From the NCBI GenBank assembly GCA_963701105.1, contig OY969565.1:1101086-1165085 (forward strand): a stretch of DNA of 64,000 nucleotides. Direction: 5' to 3'. Of this stretch, positions 1-10,372 are shown piece by piece. The notes under the pieces were generated by a model that was given only the letters and a program-made list of their open reading frames with translations, did not search any database and was not told the origin of the DNA. The position numbers and the translations under genes were made by a program. Position 1 is the stretch's first letter; each line of letters opens with the position of its first letter. The stretch is from an uncultured Actinomycetota bacterium. GTDB lineage: Bacteria; Actinomycetota; Thermoleophilia; RBG-16-64-13.

Positions 1-1566
1 ATAATCGAGTTTACCATCCGAACTACGAAAATCTTCTGCGTAATTATTATCTGGCTGGCATCAATCTGTTCATCTTTCAGCCAGGATTCAACAAAAAGTT
101 TTGCTTTTAAGAATAACAAACCCCTGCGGAGAACTACCAATTTTTACCAGCCTGATTTATCGTACAGGATATGGCAGCAGTTCAATTTAATAAGAGAAGC
201 TAACTCAGGTGATCCGTTTGCTCAGCACGAACTGGGAATTAGATATCTTGTAGGTGAGGGAGTTGAAGCCGATACCCTTAAAGCTGCAAAATGGATTAAG
301 AGCGCCGCTGATCATGGTGTAACTGCAGCAAAATACAATTATGCAATTCTTCTTATTAACGGCTGGGGAACTGATTGGAACCCGTTTAAGGCGTTTACAT
401 ATTTTAAAGAAGCTGCTGAAGAAGGAATGCCGCAGGCACAATATGCAGTCGGACTGCTTTATACGGATAATCTTATCGTAAAAAGAAACTGGGGAAAAGC
501 TTTCAACTGGATAAATAAATCCGCTCAAAAAGGAAATGAAGACGCAAAGGAAACTCTAAAAGAAATAAAAACTAAGATCCCTGAATCGAAAATCGATACC
601 ACAGCTTCCAACCTTAACAAGGAAGATCAGGAAATTGGGACACAGGACAATTCATCCATCAAATCTTCACTGGGATTGGTGTATATAGATTTTGAGGATG
701 TGCTGGATACGATTCCGAATGTTACTAACAGAAGACTGCTTGAAGATTTAACTCACTCAGGTTATTCTATCCTTTCAGACTCAATTAAAAATAGCATACA
801 AGACACCAGCTTTACTTCGATCTCTCAGTTTATTCCCCTGATACATAAAGCTGCAACATTTGGGAGCCCGGAGGCATTAACATTTCTTGGTAAGCTTTAT
901 GAATCCGGAATTTATTTTGATAAAAATCTTCTCTCAGCAATTGAATATTATATCAGGGCTGCAAGACTGGATAGTCCTACCGCATCAATTCTTCTGTATA
1001 AAATGCAGAAAGCAGGAAAGTTCTTTCCTTTATTAAAGAAAGAAAGTGATGCAGACAATCCCGTTGCATTATTCGACTGGTATGGACTTGACGTATTAGG
1101 GTTTGATAATCAGATAACTATAACTGATGCGTTGAAGCTGCTTGAAAGATCTGCTGATAAAAACTTTTTACCCGCTTTAGTTGAGTATGGATTATATTAT
1201 TATTCCGGAAATGTTAAATTGCAGAATATTAAAAAAGCATTTTCCTTATGGCAGAAAGCTGTAAATCTTGGATCCGAAGAAGCGGAAACAAGAATGATTG
1301 CTGCGGTAGTACTTGATAGCTTATCCTATCTGAATTATAATGATGATATTGATAAGCTTTTCTCAGCGTCAGATAATGGTTCTGTACTTGCACAAACTGC
1401 TTTAGGTTATGCATACGAAAACGGGATAGTTTTGAAGAGAAATAAGGCTAATGCGGTAAAGTACTACAGGGACGCAGCGCAAAGGGGAAACAGGTTTGCT
1501 TATGAAAAATTAAAATACTTATACGATGCAATCCGCCCGTCATCACAGGAATTCGAGATAGACTAG
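1..1566 (+). CDS. Sel1-repeat (TPR-like) secreted protein, 5' end at or beyond the window edge
   Basis: Frame of ORF 427..1566 is open back to base 1 (IIEFTIRTTKIFCVIIIWLASICSSFSQDST...). It shows a signal-peptide-like stretch and further Sel1 repeats (AQHELGIRYLVGEGVEADTLKAAKWIKSAA; AQTALGYAYENGIVLKRNKANAVKYYRDAA). Confidence 0.85.
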   Translation: MIEFTIRTTKIFCVIIIWLASICSSFSQDSTKSFAFKNNKPLRRTTNFYQPDLSYRIWQQFNLIREANSGDPFAQHELGIRYLVGEGVEADTLKAAKWIKSAADHGVTAAKYNYAILLINGWGTDWNPFKAFTYFKEAAEEGMPQAQYAVGLLYTDNLIVKRNWGKAFNWINKSAQKGNEDAKETLKEIKTKIPESKIDTTASNLNKEDQEIGTQDNSSIKSSLGLVYIDFEDVLDTIPNVTNRRLLEDLTHSGYSILSDSIKNSIQDTSFTSISQFIPLIHKAATFGSPEALTFLGKLYESGIYFDKNLLSAIEYYIRAARLDSPTASILLYKMQKAGKFFPLLKKESDADNPVALFDWYGLDVLGFDNQITITDALKLLERSADKNFLPALVEYGLYYYSGNVKLQNIKKAFSLWQKAVNLGSEEAETRMIAAVVLDSLSYLNYNDDIDKLFSASDNGSVLAQTALGYAYENGIVLKRNKANAVKYYRDAAQRGNRFAYEKLKYLYDAIRPSSQEFEID

Positions 1567-1674
1567 AACTCACCATAAATACAATTAGTAATATATTTTA
1601 ATTATTTTAGGATGTGCTGTTTTGCACCTGATCTGTTATTCTGAATTAATTACTAAAACAAAATATCCAGGCAA

Positions 1675-2829
1675 ATGAATTACCAATCCGAATTAAAATC
1701 AAAATTACCTGACGTAGGAACATCAATCTTCTCAGTTATGTCGCGGATGGCGCTGGAGCAAAATGCAATTAATTTATCACAGGGTTTTCCTGATTTTAAC
1801 TGTTCCGAAGAATTACTCGATCTTGTTGATTATTATATGAGAAAAGGATTTAACCAATACGCCCCTATGCAGGGAATTCCGGTTCTGCGGCATAGAATCT
1901 CTGAGAAAATAAAAAAGCTGTATGGCCGTAAATACGATGCCGAGACAGAAATTAATATTACCGCCGGGGCAACTCAGGCAATTTATACTGTTGCTTCAAC
2001 TGTTATCAATCCGGGAGACGAAGTAATTTTATTTGAACCGGCGTATGACAGTTATCTCCCCTCAATAAAACTTAACGGAGGTGTTCCTGTTTTAATTCCG
2101 CTTAATAAAAATGATTTTTCAATCAATTGGGATCTGGTTAAGAACGCGGTTACTAATAAAACAAAACTGATTTTCATCAATTCACCACATAATCCGACCG
2201 GCAGTGTAATAACTGGGTCAGATATAAAAAATCTGGAAGAAATTACCAGGGATAAAGATATCTTTGTACTTAGTGATGAAGTTTATGAGCACATTGTTTT
2301 TGATGAGAAAGAACATTTATCAATTGCCGGCTCAAAAGAGCTTTCTGAAAAGGCTTTTGTTATTTCATCATTTGGTAAATCATATCACACTACAGGTTGG
2401 AAGATGGGCTACTGCGCTGCACCACATCGGTTGATGAATGAATTCAGGAAAATACATCAGTTTATCGTTTATGCAGTAAATACACCTATTCAATACGCAT
2501 ATGCAGAGTATTTAGAAAATGAAAGTCATTACCTGGGACTAAATAATTTTTATGAAAAGAAGAGAGATATCTTTCTCAAGGTTATAAAAGATTCCCGATG
2601 GAAAATCAAACCTGCTTCCGGTACTTATTTCCAATTACTGGATTACTCAAATATTACAAATAGCAATGACATGGAATTTGCAGAGCAGCTTACCAGGGAG
2701 GCTGGTATTGCAACAATTCCCCTATCCCCTTTTTACAATGATAAAAGAAGCGAATCCTTATTGCGTGTATGTTTCGCAAAAAAAGATGATGTACTTATAA
2801 ACGCAGCAGATATCCTTAGTAAAATTTGA
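1675..2829 (+). CDS. ybdL: PLP-dependent class I/II aminotransferase (methionine aminotransferase YbdL-like)
   Basis: Motifs AINLSQGFPDF, NSPHNPTG, SDEVYEH and SSFGKSYHTTGWKMGY (PLP lysine). Confidence 0.9.
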   Translation: MNYQSELKSKLPDVGTSIFSVMSRMALEQNAINLSQGFPDFNCSEELLDLVDYYMRKGFNQYAPMQGIPVLRHRISEKIKKLYGRKYDAETEINITAGATQAIYTVASTVINPGDEVILFEPAYDSYLPSIKLNGGVPVLIPLNKNDFSINWDLVKNAVTNKTKLIFINSPHNPTGSVITGSDIKNLEEITRDKDIFVLSDEVYEHIVFDEKEHLSIAGSKELSEKAFVISSFGKSYHTTGWKMGYCAAPHRLMNEFRKIHQFIVYAVNTPIQYAYAEYLENESHYLGLNNFYEKKRDIFLKVIKDSRWKIKPASGTYFQLLDYSNITNSNDMEFAEQLTREAGIATIPLSPFYNDKRSESLLRVCFAKKDDVLINAADILSKI

Positions 2830-2912
2830 AGATTAATAAATTGAGATTATTTAAAATATTTTTTTTATTCGTGCTATGAAACAGAATCAGACTCTAACAA
2901 TAAAGCAGAGCA

Positions 2913-4004
2913 ATGACTAGCCTTTATGAAAGACTGAGAAGACTTTTTCATTTTTATTCCGGTGACTTAAATTACCAGGAATTTCAAAAGCTTGTTAAGA
3001 AAGACGTCCCGGAAGTGTATGATTTTTATGTGAGAAGGATGAAGAAACCCGTAAAGGGCAGAAACAGGTTGGTGGATTTTATCCGCTTTGCAAGAAACCT
3101 GTTTGCTGAGTTTCTTAATCTGCTTACACCTGTGCGAAGAATAATTTATTCACTTGGATTAATCTTATTTATATTCGGTTACATGGGAAATGATTGGGGT
3201 TGGGCAATCTGGGCATTCATCCTGGTAAATCTGCTCGTTGCATTTGAACTTGCAGATAAGCTTACAGCCAAAGATGAACTTGAAGTAGCACGGGAAATCC
3301 AGATAAATTTAATGCCGGAAAAACCCCCGGAAAATAAATATTATGATATAAGCTGCTACATGAAAACCGCAAAAGAAGTAGGCGGAGATTATTATGATTT
3401 TATCCAACCGGGAAATAACGGTAAGACATTTGTTGTTATAGGAGATGTTTCAGGAAAAGGAATGTCAGCCGCACTTCATATGGTACAGGTGCAATCTAAT
3501 CTACACAATATTATTGCAGAAAATTCAACTCCGAAATTAATTCTGAATTCTCTCAATAAAAATTTGAAAAGAGTTTTACGCAAAGGTTCATTTCTCACTT
3601 TAAGTATTGCCGAGCTGAATTCACATGGTCAGATTCTGCTATCACGTGCAGGACATATGCCATTAATACATTACAGCAATTCGACGAAAAAATGCAGCAG
3701 AATTATACCGCGTGGAATTGGAATCGGTCTTGCAAATGAACAATTCTTTTTCGACTCTACTGAAGAGATTTCAATTCAACCAATGCCGGGTGATTTACTG
3801 ATATTTTTCACCGATGGTGTTGTTGAAGCCATGGATAATAACTACAATACTTTTGGTGAAGAGAAACTGATCAGGATCATTTGCCGAAGTGCTGATAAAT
3901 CTGTCAAAGAGATTCAGGATTTAATTATCAGTTCTATTGAGAATTTCACCTATGCTTCTTCTGTGCAGGATGATTTAACCCTAATTGTGATGAAAGCTAA
4001 TTAA
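2913..4004 (+). CDS. Membrane-anchored PP2C/SpoIIE (RsbU-like) Ser/Thr phosphatase
   Basis: Motifs EVGGDYYDF, VIGDVSGKG, AGHMP, FFTDGVVE and DDLT; two hydrophobic segments near residues 78-112. Confidence 0.88.
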   Translation: MTSLYERLRRLFHFYSGDLNYQEFQKLVKKDVPEVYDFYVRRMKKPVKGRNRLVDFIRFARNLFAEFLNLLTPVRRIIYSLGLILFIFGYMGNDWGWAIWAFILVNLLVAFELADKLTAKDELEVAREIQINLMPEKPPENKYYDISCYMKTAKEVGGDYYDFIQPGNNGKTFVVIGDVSGKGMSAALHMVQVQSNLHNIIAENSTPKLILNSLNKNLKRVLRKGSFLTLSIAELNSHGQILLSRAGHMPLIHYSNSTKKCSRIIPRGIGIGLANEQFFFDSTEEISIQPMPGDLLIFFTDGVVEAMDNNYNTFGEEKLIRIICRSADKSVKEIQDLIISSIENFTYASSVQDDLTLIVMKAN

Positions 4005-4017
4005 TTCGGGGAGTTTC

Positions 4018-5004
4018 ATGGCAACCAGTATATCTTTAAAGAAAAAAGCAGCCTACTTGTCACTGATTGTTGGCGTCTTAATGTTTTTATCTAAATCGGC
4101 CGCGTATTTAATAACAGGCTCTGCGGCTATTTTCTCCGATGCAGCTGAATCAGTTGTACATGTGCTTGCTACTTCCATGGCTTTGTACAGTATCATTTTA
4201 AGTTCGAAGCCTCCTGATGATTCTCATTTATACGGACACGGCAATATAGAATTTTTCTCCGCCGGTATTGAAGGATTTTTAATCCTGACAGCAGCAATAT
4301 TTATTATTTATACATCAATATTAGATATAATACACGGGCCGGATCTAAAACAATTAAATGTTGGTGTTATAGTTGTAAGCGCCGCAGGTGCAATAAATCT
4401 CTTGCTCGGAAACTACCTGGTGAAAATGGGAAAGAAGACGCATTCATTAACCCTGGTTGCTGACGGTAAACACGTACTTACGGATTCGTACACAAGTATT
4501 GGAGTTATAGTTGGTGTTCTTCTAGTAATGATTACAGGATTCCAATTATTTGATCCTATTTTTGCAATTGCAGTTGCCCTTAATATTCTATTTACGGGGT
4601 ATAAACTTATTCGGGAATCAATAGGCGGATTGATGAATGAAACAGATCCCGGTCTGCTTAACAAATTAGTTTCTGAACTTACCAAAATAAAAAAGAATTA
4701 CTGGATAGACTTGCACGAATTAAGATTCTGGAGATCAGGGGATATGATATTTTTGGATTTCCACCTGATACTTCCCTACTACTTCACAATAGAAAAATCG
4801 CACAAAGAAGAAAAAGAAATAGAAGAAAAAATGGCGGTTCAGTTTCCCAATATGCAGATCAAAATTCATTTTGATTATTGTATTACTGAATTGTGTAAAT
4901 ATTGCGCGTATGCTGATTGTACAGTCCGGAAAGAAGCAAAAACAATTCCATTTGAGTTAAATTCTGAAAAAATGACAGGCGACCCTATTTATCGCGTAAA
5001 ATAG
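4018..5004 (+). CDS. Cation diffusion facilitator (CDF/FieF-like) metal transporter
   Basis: Motifs SDAAESVVH, HLYGHGNIE, ADGKHVLTD and DLHELR; C-terminal Cys cluster. Confidence 0.9.
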   Translation: MATSISLKKKAAYLSLIVGVLMFLSKSAAYLITGSAAIFSDAAESVVHVLATSMALYSIILSSKPPDDSHLYGHGNIEFFSAGIEGFLILTAAIFIIYTSILDIIHGPDLKQLNVGVIVVSAAGAINLLLGNYLVKMGKKTHSLTLVADGKHVLTDSYTSIGVIVGVLLVMITGFQLFDPIFAIAVALNILFTGYKLIRESIGGLMNETDPGLLNKLVSELTKIKKNYWIDLHELRFWRSGDMIFLDFHLILPYYFTIEKSHKEEKEIEEKMAVQFPNMQIKIHFDYCITELCKYCAYADCTVRKEAKTIPFELNSEKMTGDPIYRVK

Positions 5005-5011
5005 GATTAAG

Positions 5012-6265
5012 CTAAACTTTTGTGGACGCTGCCTTTTTATAAAAAGGCACCTGAACTTTTTGAAGAATAATCAAACCAGCGATAAAAAATAAGCCGATAG
5101 CGAGAGCGGCAAATCTTTCATTTGATAAATCTGAAATAACTCCATAAACGAAAGGTCCTACCACAGCCGATGATTTACCAAACAGTCCGTCGTAAAAACC
5201 AAAGAACTCTGCTTCCCTTTCGTGCGGAGTCAGCAAGGCCATCAGGCTTCTACTGCAGGATTGAGAAGAACCGATAGCCATACCGGCTAATAATCCTACA
5301 ACATAAAATTCACCAACAGTCTGCACAAAAAACGCACCGAGAATTACAATTATCCACACAACTAAAGTAACTGTAATTGTTTTCTTCGGTCCAATATGAT
5401 CTGAAATAATTCCGAAAATAAATGAACCAAGTACCGCGGTACTCTGAACTATTACAAAAAATAAAATTATTTGTTCATCAGACATCTTCAGAATATTAGA
5501 TGCAAAAATTGAAGCAAATGCTATTATAGTAATTATTGCATCATTATATAAAAAGAAGGCAAACAGGAATCTTGAAACAGCGGGATATTTTCTCTGAAAA
5601 AATATCGCTTTGAAAGTTGTAAAGCTCTTTTTAATACCCTCACTTATTAAACCTGTTTTTAACCTTTCGTTTACATGCGGCTCACTTAAAAAAAGAAATA
5701 ACGGTGCGGAAAAGAAGAGAAAAAATGCAGCCGCGATAACGAAGGAAAGCCTGATATAAAAATTGTAATCAGGTGAATCTGAGGGTGGAAGAAGGACCAT
5801 GACTATTAATAAAACTGCCAATGCTCCGATATATCCCATTGCAAAACCGTAACCGGAAACTCTTCCAAAATTTTTTTTCTCTGTAAGATTAGGAAGAAAG
5901 GCATCGTAAAAAACCAGGCCCGCTTCAAACCCGATATTTGCAAGAACAAATAAAATAAATCCAAAGAGTATATCTCCTTTGTTGACAAAAAACATCAATG
6001 CTGTACAGGTTACGGAAAGCAGGGTAAATATTAAAAGAAATCTTTTCCTGTTGCGTGAAACATCAGCAATGGCTCCCAGCGGTGGACTAAGGAATGCTGC
6101 AATCACCATTGAAATACTGACTGCAAGTCCCCACAACCACCTCTGTCCGCCGGTAACATAATTTGAAAAGTATTTAGAAAAAATAACAGTGACTATAATT
6201 ACAGAAAAAGCAGTATTCGCGAAGTCGAATAAAGTCCAGATAAAGATCCTGCTTCGTTCCTTCAT
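5012..6265 (-). CDS. MFS transporter (UMF1/Atg22-like family)
   Basis: N-terminal WTLFDFAN, GAIAD...RKRF, FYDAFLP, RVSGYGFAMGYIG and AEFFGFY; about 12 TM segments. Confidence 0.85.
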   Translation of the reverse strand: MKERSRIFIWTLFDFANTAFSVIIVTVIFSKYFSNYVTGGQRWLWGLAVSISMVIAAFLSPPLGAIADVSRNRKRFLLIFTLLSVTCTALMFFVNKGDILFGFILFVLANIGFEAGLVFYDAFLPNLTEKKNFGRVSGYGFAMGYIGALAVLLIVMVLLPPSDSPDYNFYIRLSFVIAAAFFLFFSAPLFLFLSEPHVNERLKTGLISEGIKKSFTTFKAIFFQRKYPAVSRFLFAFFLYNDAIITIIAFASIFASNILKMSDEQIILFFVIVQSTAVLGSFIFGIISDHIGPKKTITVTLVVWIIVILGAFFVQTVGEFYVVGLLAGMAIGSSQSCSRSLMALLTPHEREAEFFGFYDGLFGKSSAVVGPFVYGVISDLSNERFAALAIGLFFIAGLIILQKVQVPFYKKAASTKV

Positions 6266-6271
6266 TAATGA

Positions 6272-6754
6272 TTACTTTTTGTGAGGTTGTTTTGAAATGG
6301 TCTCTTCCAGTAACCCGCGTCCGCTTTTATTTAAGCTGCCGCTTTGTTTAATCTCATTAAGTACAGCATCCAGGATTCCATTAATAAATTTTCCGCTGCC
6401 TGCGGTACTATATATTTTTGCAATCTCAATACATTCATTAATAGATACTTTTGGAGGGATATCCGGGAAATAGAAAAGCTCACAGATTCCCATCCGTAGA
6501 AGGAGCTTATCAATCAATGCAATCCTTCCCATTTCCCAGTTATCAACTCTTTCCTTAATTCTTAAATCCAGCTCCTTGTGATGAATTATCACTCTATTCA
6601 CCAGATCATTTGCGAAATCTTTATCAACAGGATCATTAAGATCAGAAAGAATTCCATCAACCAATAATTGTAATGATTCGTTGTTTAATTCGAAAGCATA
6701 AAGTATCTGAAGAACTCTTTCCCTGACAATCCTTCTTTTGAACATTTGTGTCAT
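6272..6754 (-). CDS. nusB: Transcription antitermination factor NusB
   Basis: Motifs RRIVRERVLQILY, DNWEMGRIALIDK, PPKVSINECIEIAK and FINGILD. Confidence 0.95.
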   Translation of the reverse strand: MTQMFKRRIVRERVLQILYAFELNNESLQLLVDGILSDLNDPVDKDFANDLVNRVIIHHKELDLRIKERVDNWEMGRIALIDKLLLRMGICELFYFPDIPPKVSINECIEIAKIYSTAGSGKFINGILDAVLNEIKQSGSLNKSGRGLLEETISKQPHKK

Positions 6755-6827
6755 TATATACGGCTACCAACTTTTTAAAGAACAACTGAATTTATAAAAA
6801 TATTCTGAATTATGTTTCAACTTTCTT

Positions 6828-7940
6828 TTACCTTTGAAATAGCTCACCAAGTCTGCCTGAAAAAACGGATTTGCCGGTATAGATGTTGCTGATTCTGCCT
6901 ACACTCTTAAGTCTTTCTTCTGCCATTTTATTTGATGCCTCGTAACTGGGAATTTTTTCATTTGATGATACTTCCAGTATTTTTCCTATAACGTCATATA
7001 TCTTTTCAGCCTGTTTTAATGCACGGTCCTGTCTGTATCCTTCAAGCTCGTTGGCTACGTTTATTAATCCTCCTGCATTAATTACATAATCAGGAGCATA
7101 AATAATTCCGCTTTCCATCAGCAAAGGTCCATGGATATTTTCTTTTTCCAACTGGTTATTTGCTCCGCCAGCCACGATTTCTGCCTTCAGTTTGCCTATG
7201 GTCTCATTATTTATTATTGCACCAAGTGCGTTGGGGGAAAATATATCAACATCCAATTCATAGATCTGTTCCGGTTTAACTACCTGCGCTTTAACAGTTT
7301 CAAGTACTCTTTTTATTTTAGAATCATTTATATCAGTAATAAATATTTCTGCACCTTCATTATAGAGATGTTCACATAAATATCTAGCTACCTGTCCAGC
7401 ACCCTGCACTGCTATCTTTTTTCCTGCAAGCGAATCACTCCCCCATTTAAATTTTGCACAGGCTTTCATTCCCACAAAAACTCCATAAGCAGTAACGGGT
7501 GAAGGATCTCCTGAACCACCGAGTGCTTTGGATACACCTGTTACATATTTAGTTTCCATTCTGACAAATTCCATATCCGTAACAGAGGTTCCAACATCTT
7601 CAGCAGTAATGTATCTGCCTGCCAGGCCTTCTATAAATTTTCCAAATGTTCTGAACAGTAATTCATTTTTTTGTGTTGCCGAATCCCCGATTATGACTGC
7701 TTTTCCTCCACCGAGATTTAAACCTGAAACAGCAGCTTTATACGTCATTCCTCTCGATAACCGGAGGACATCTTTTAATGCATCATCATGACTTTTATAA
7801 TTCCACATCCTTGTTCCGCCGAGCGCAGGACCTAAAGTAGTATTATGGATAGCAATAATTGCCCTTAAACCTGCTTCTTTATTAGAACAAAACACAACCT
7901 GTTCGTGATTAAATTCTTCAATAACTTCAAAATTAAGCAT
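6828..7940 (-). CDS. Leu/Phe/Val (ELFV family) dehydrogenase, leucine dehydrogenase-like
   Basis: Motifs HNTTLGPALGGTRM, LRLSRGMTYKAA, GGGKAVI, YITAEDVGT, GDPSPVTAYGV and YAPDYVINAGG. Confidence 0.92.
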   Translation of the reverse strand: MLNFEVIEEFNHEQVVFCSNKEAGLRAIIAIHNTTLGPALGGTRMWNYKSHDDALKDVLRLSRGMTYKAAVSGLNLGGGKAVIIGDSATQKNELLFRTFGKFIEGLAGRYITAEDVGTSVTDMEFVRMETKYVTGVSKALGGSGDPSPVTAYGVFVGMKACAKFKWGSDSLAGKKIAVQGAGQVARYLCEHLYNEGAEIFITDINDSKIKRVLETVKAQVVKPEQIYELDVDIFSPNALGAIINNETIGKLKAEIVAGGANNQLEKENIHGPLLMESGIIYAPDYVINAGGLINVANELEGYRQDRALKQAEKIYDVIGKILEVSSNEKIPSYEASNKMAEERLKSVGRISNIYTGKSVFSGRLGELFQR

Positions 7941-7968
7941 AAGTATTTCTCCAATGATTGAGTATTTT

Positions 7969-8988
7969 TTAAATTCCGAAGAACCAAAATATTAAAATTG
8001 CGGCACTTTCTCTTACCTTATAATAAATTTTATTTGTATAATTTAAATCCAGGTCAGATGCAGCAACATTAATTTTAAGGTGGTAAAAATCGGCTATCTC
8101 TTTCACTCTCGGAAGATGGTACGAATCTGAAATTACTATAATATTTCCGATACCCGGTTTATTTACTAATCTTGATCTAATGAATTGTATTTGTTCAATT
8201 GTTGAGGTTGTATTCTTTTCAATCCATACGTCATTTGTATCAATATTTTTTTTCTTAAGATAAGCAAAGGCCATTTCTGCTTCACTTAATTCACCGGGAG
8301 CATTTCCACCCGTTAATTGAATTTTTTGTACCTTACCTTCTCTATAAAGACTTAAAGCCTTATCAACCCTGGATTTAAGACTTGGGCTCGGTTCATTTCT
8401 CCAGACAGCAGCTCCCAAAACCACTGCTGTATTCGTGTGAATTGCCGATGCTTTTACTCCCGGAGTTTTGTTATAATTTAGAAAAATAAATGCAAACACG
8501 AGGAGAAAAACTGTAATTAAAATCGAATCAAGAATAGAACGAAGAAATATAAAATTTGATTTCCCGGACAAATTCATCCAGACCTGAAAAATCAACATGA
8601 ACTGCACAAATTGATAAATGAAAAATAATCCACTTATAAATATTTTATTGATAGGTTGATTTAATATTGTAATATCGGGAAGATGAACCTGCGATTTGGA
8701 AAATATCCAGGCGCTGAACAGCATTATTGTCATCACAACTGATAAGGTTAAAACCATCCCGATTGATAACCGTCCTTTGGAAGAAAAGACATTAAATATC
8801 AATCCGGTTATAAGAAGAGTGCTAAAAAGAAAGTTGAAGAGGTTTCCTAAGTTTGATAGTCTGAAATAGGAAACGGGTAAATGCTGATTGTCATATTTTA
8901 TATAGTAAATAAAAATAAGATCGATAATCACCAGTATAATTAAAAATATAATCAGGATAATATTTTTCTGCGCGGGATTTTGTTTCAA
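7969..8988 (-). CDS. YdcF/SanA-like (DUF218) membrane protein
   Basis: Several N-terminal TM helices, then AVVLGAAV...RVDKA...TGG...SEAE...STIEQI...ISDSYHLPR. Confidence 0.85.
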   Translation of the reverse strand: MKQNPAQKNIILIIFLIILVIIDLIFIYYIKYDNQHLPVSYFRLSNLGNLFNFLFSTLLITGLIFNVFSSKGRLSIGMVLTLSVVMTIMLFSAWIFSKSQVHLPDITILNQPINKIFISGLFFIYQFVQFMLIFQVWMNLSGKSNFIFLRSILDSILITVFLLVFAFIFLNYNKTPGVKASAIHTNTAVVLGAAVWRNEPSPSLKSRVDKALSLYREGKVQKIQLTGGNAPGELSEAEMAFAYLKKKNIDTNDVWIEKNTTSTIEQIQFIRSRLVNKPGIGNIIVISDSYHLPRVKEIADFYHLKINVAASDLDLNYTNKIYYKVRESAAILIFWFFGI

Positions 8989-9119
8989 ATTTTTTATTCT
9001 ATTACAGATTAAGTTTTTCTTGAGCCAGTATAAACATAAATTTTATAGGAATTATAAATATAAAGTACTGGGGATTAATTTACCCTGAATTATATAATTT
9101 CGATGAAAATATTTAAAAT

Positions 9120-9143
9120 GAAAAAGGCGTCTCGAAAGACGCC
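9120..9143 (-). terminator. Intrinsic terminator of tonB
   Basis: Minus strand reads GGCGTCT-TTCG-AGACGCC followed by a T run, starting 18 nt after the tonB stop. Confidence 0.85.
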
Positions 9144-9161
9144 CTAAACTTTTTTTATATC

Positions 9162-9821
9162 TTATTGAAGTTTGAATACGATTGGAATTGAAACCTGAAC
9201 TTTAACAGGTTTACCTCTCTGTTTACCCGGTTTAAATTTTGTAGCTTTAACAGCATTCAAAGCAGCATCATCAAGTCCTGCTCCAAGACCTTTAATAATT
9301 TCAGCCTTTGTTACTGTTCCTGTTTCATCCACAAAAGCAAGAACATAAACTTTGCCTTCAATCCCTGCTCTTTTTGCAATTTCCGGATAAACAATTTTAC
9401 TTTGGATTGCCTGGATTCCACCAATTGGTTCCGGCATTTCCTCAACCGCTACAAAGTATTGAGGTTCTTCATCAACTTTTTTCTCAACCTTAGGAGGCGG
9501 TGGAGCTTCAACTTGTTGATTAACATCAAGGTCAGTTGAACTTATTTCAATATCTTCAAGTACATCTTCTGAAGGAGCTTCAATTGGAATCGGGGGTTTT
9601 GGCGGCGGCGGTGGCCTGTTTTCCTGCTTTGTCTGCTGTACATCTTCAACTTTAAATAATTCCTGAGGACCTTCAGATAGTGCAGTAGTTGTGTCCATAT
9701 ACGGGAAAAATTTAAATGCAACGATTAAAACAGCCAGAGATATAATAAGACTTAGCTCAAAAACTTTTTTATAGCTACGTCTCAAATCCGCTTTGGGATT
9801 TTTATTGAGTGCCATTATCAA
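9162..9821 (-). CDS. tonB: Energy transducer TonB
   Basis: N-terminal TM, Pro-rich linker (PPPPPKPPIP) and TonB_C domain (YPEIAKRAGIEGKVYV...FKPGKQRGKPV). Confidence 0.92.
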   Translation of the reverse strand: MIMALNKNPKADLRRSYKKVFELSLIISLAVLIVAFKFFPYMDTTTALSEGPQELFKVEDVQQTKQENRPPPPPKPPIPIEAPSEDVLEDIEISSTDLDVNQQVEAPPPPKVEKKVDEEPQYFVAVEEMPEPIGGIQAIQSKIVYPEIAKRAGIEGKVYVLAFVDETGTVTKAEIIKGLGAGLDDAALNAVKATKFKPGKQRGKPVKVQVSIPIVFKLQ

Positions 9822-9852
9822 CTCCTCCTTAAGAGCAAATTAAATGCTCGCC

Positions 9853-9881
9853 AAGTTAATAAATGATGATTCTTTTGTCAA
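9853..9881 (-). promoter_or_regulatory. Primary-sigma promoter of tonB
   Basis: Minus strand TTGACA-N17-TAACTT about 32 nt upstream of the start codon. Confidence 0.6.
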
Positions 9882-9967
9882 ATTCCACTATTCATTAAAC
9901 GATAATATAAATAAATTGTTCCATCCAAAATGTATTTTTTAATGATTATTTTTCAGCATCCCATTTG

Positions 9968-10372
9968 TCATCTTATTTGGGGTTTATACTTTAAATAATT
10001 AATGATGATTCTTAAAATTCCCAAAGCAAGCAAAGTACCGGAAGCATCAGCCAGCCAATCGAGTATGTCACAATCCCTACCCGGTATGAAAAGCTGATGA
10101 ATTTCATCTAATCCTGCATATAATAAGGTAAAAATGAGAGTAAATAACCAGGCATTTTGTTTTAATTTTGGATACTTGTTCTGGAACATCAGGGTTAAAT
10201 TAAGAAGAAATGCCAGAATAAAATAAGCAGTGAAATGTTCTATTTTATCACTAACGCCTGTTTTCGGTAAATCGCGTGCAGGCAATGTTGTTGCAATAAA
10301 AAGAATTATCCAATAAATGATTAAAGGGAAATAAACCATCCATTTTTTATGAATTTCCAGCTTAGTTAGCAA
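9968..10372 (-). CDS. VanZ-family membrane protein
   Basis: Motifs DKIEHFTAYFIL, YAGLDEIHQLFIPGR and DWLADASG. Confidence 0.88.
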   Translation of the reverse strand: MLTKLEIHKKWMVYFPLIIYWIILFIATTLPARDLPKTGVSDKIEHFTAYFILAFLLNLTLMFQNKYPKLKQNAWLFTLIFTLLYAGLDEIHQLFIPGRDCDILDWLADASGTLLALGILRIIINYLKYKPQIR

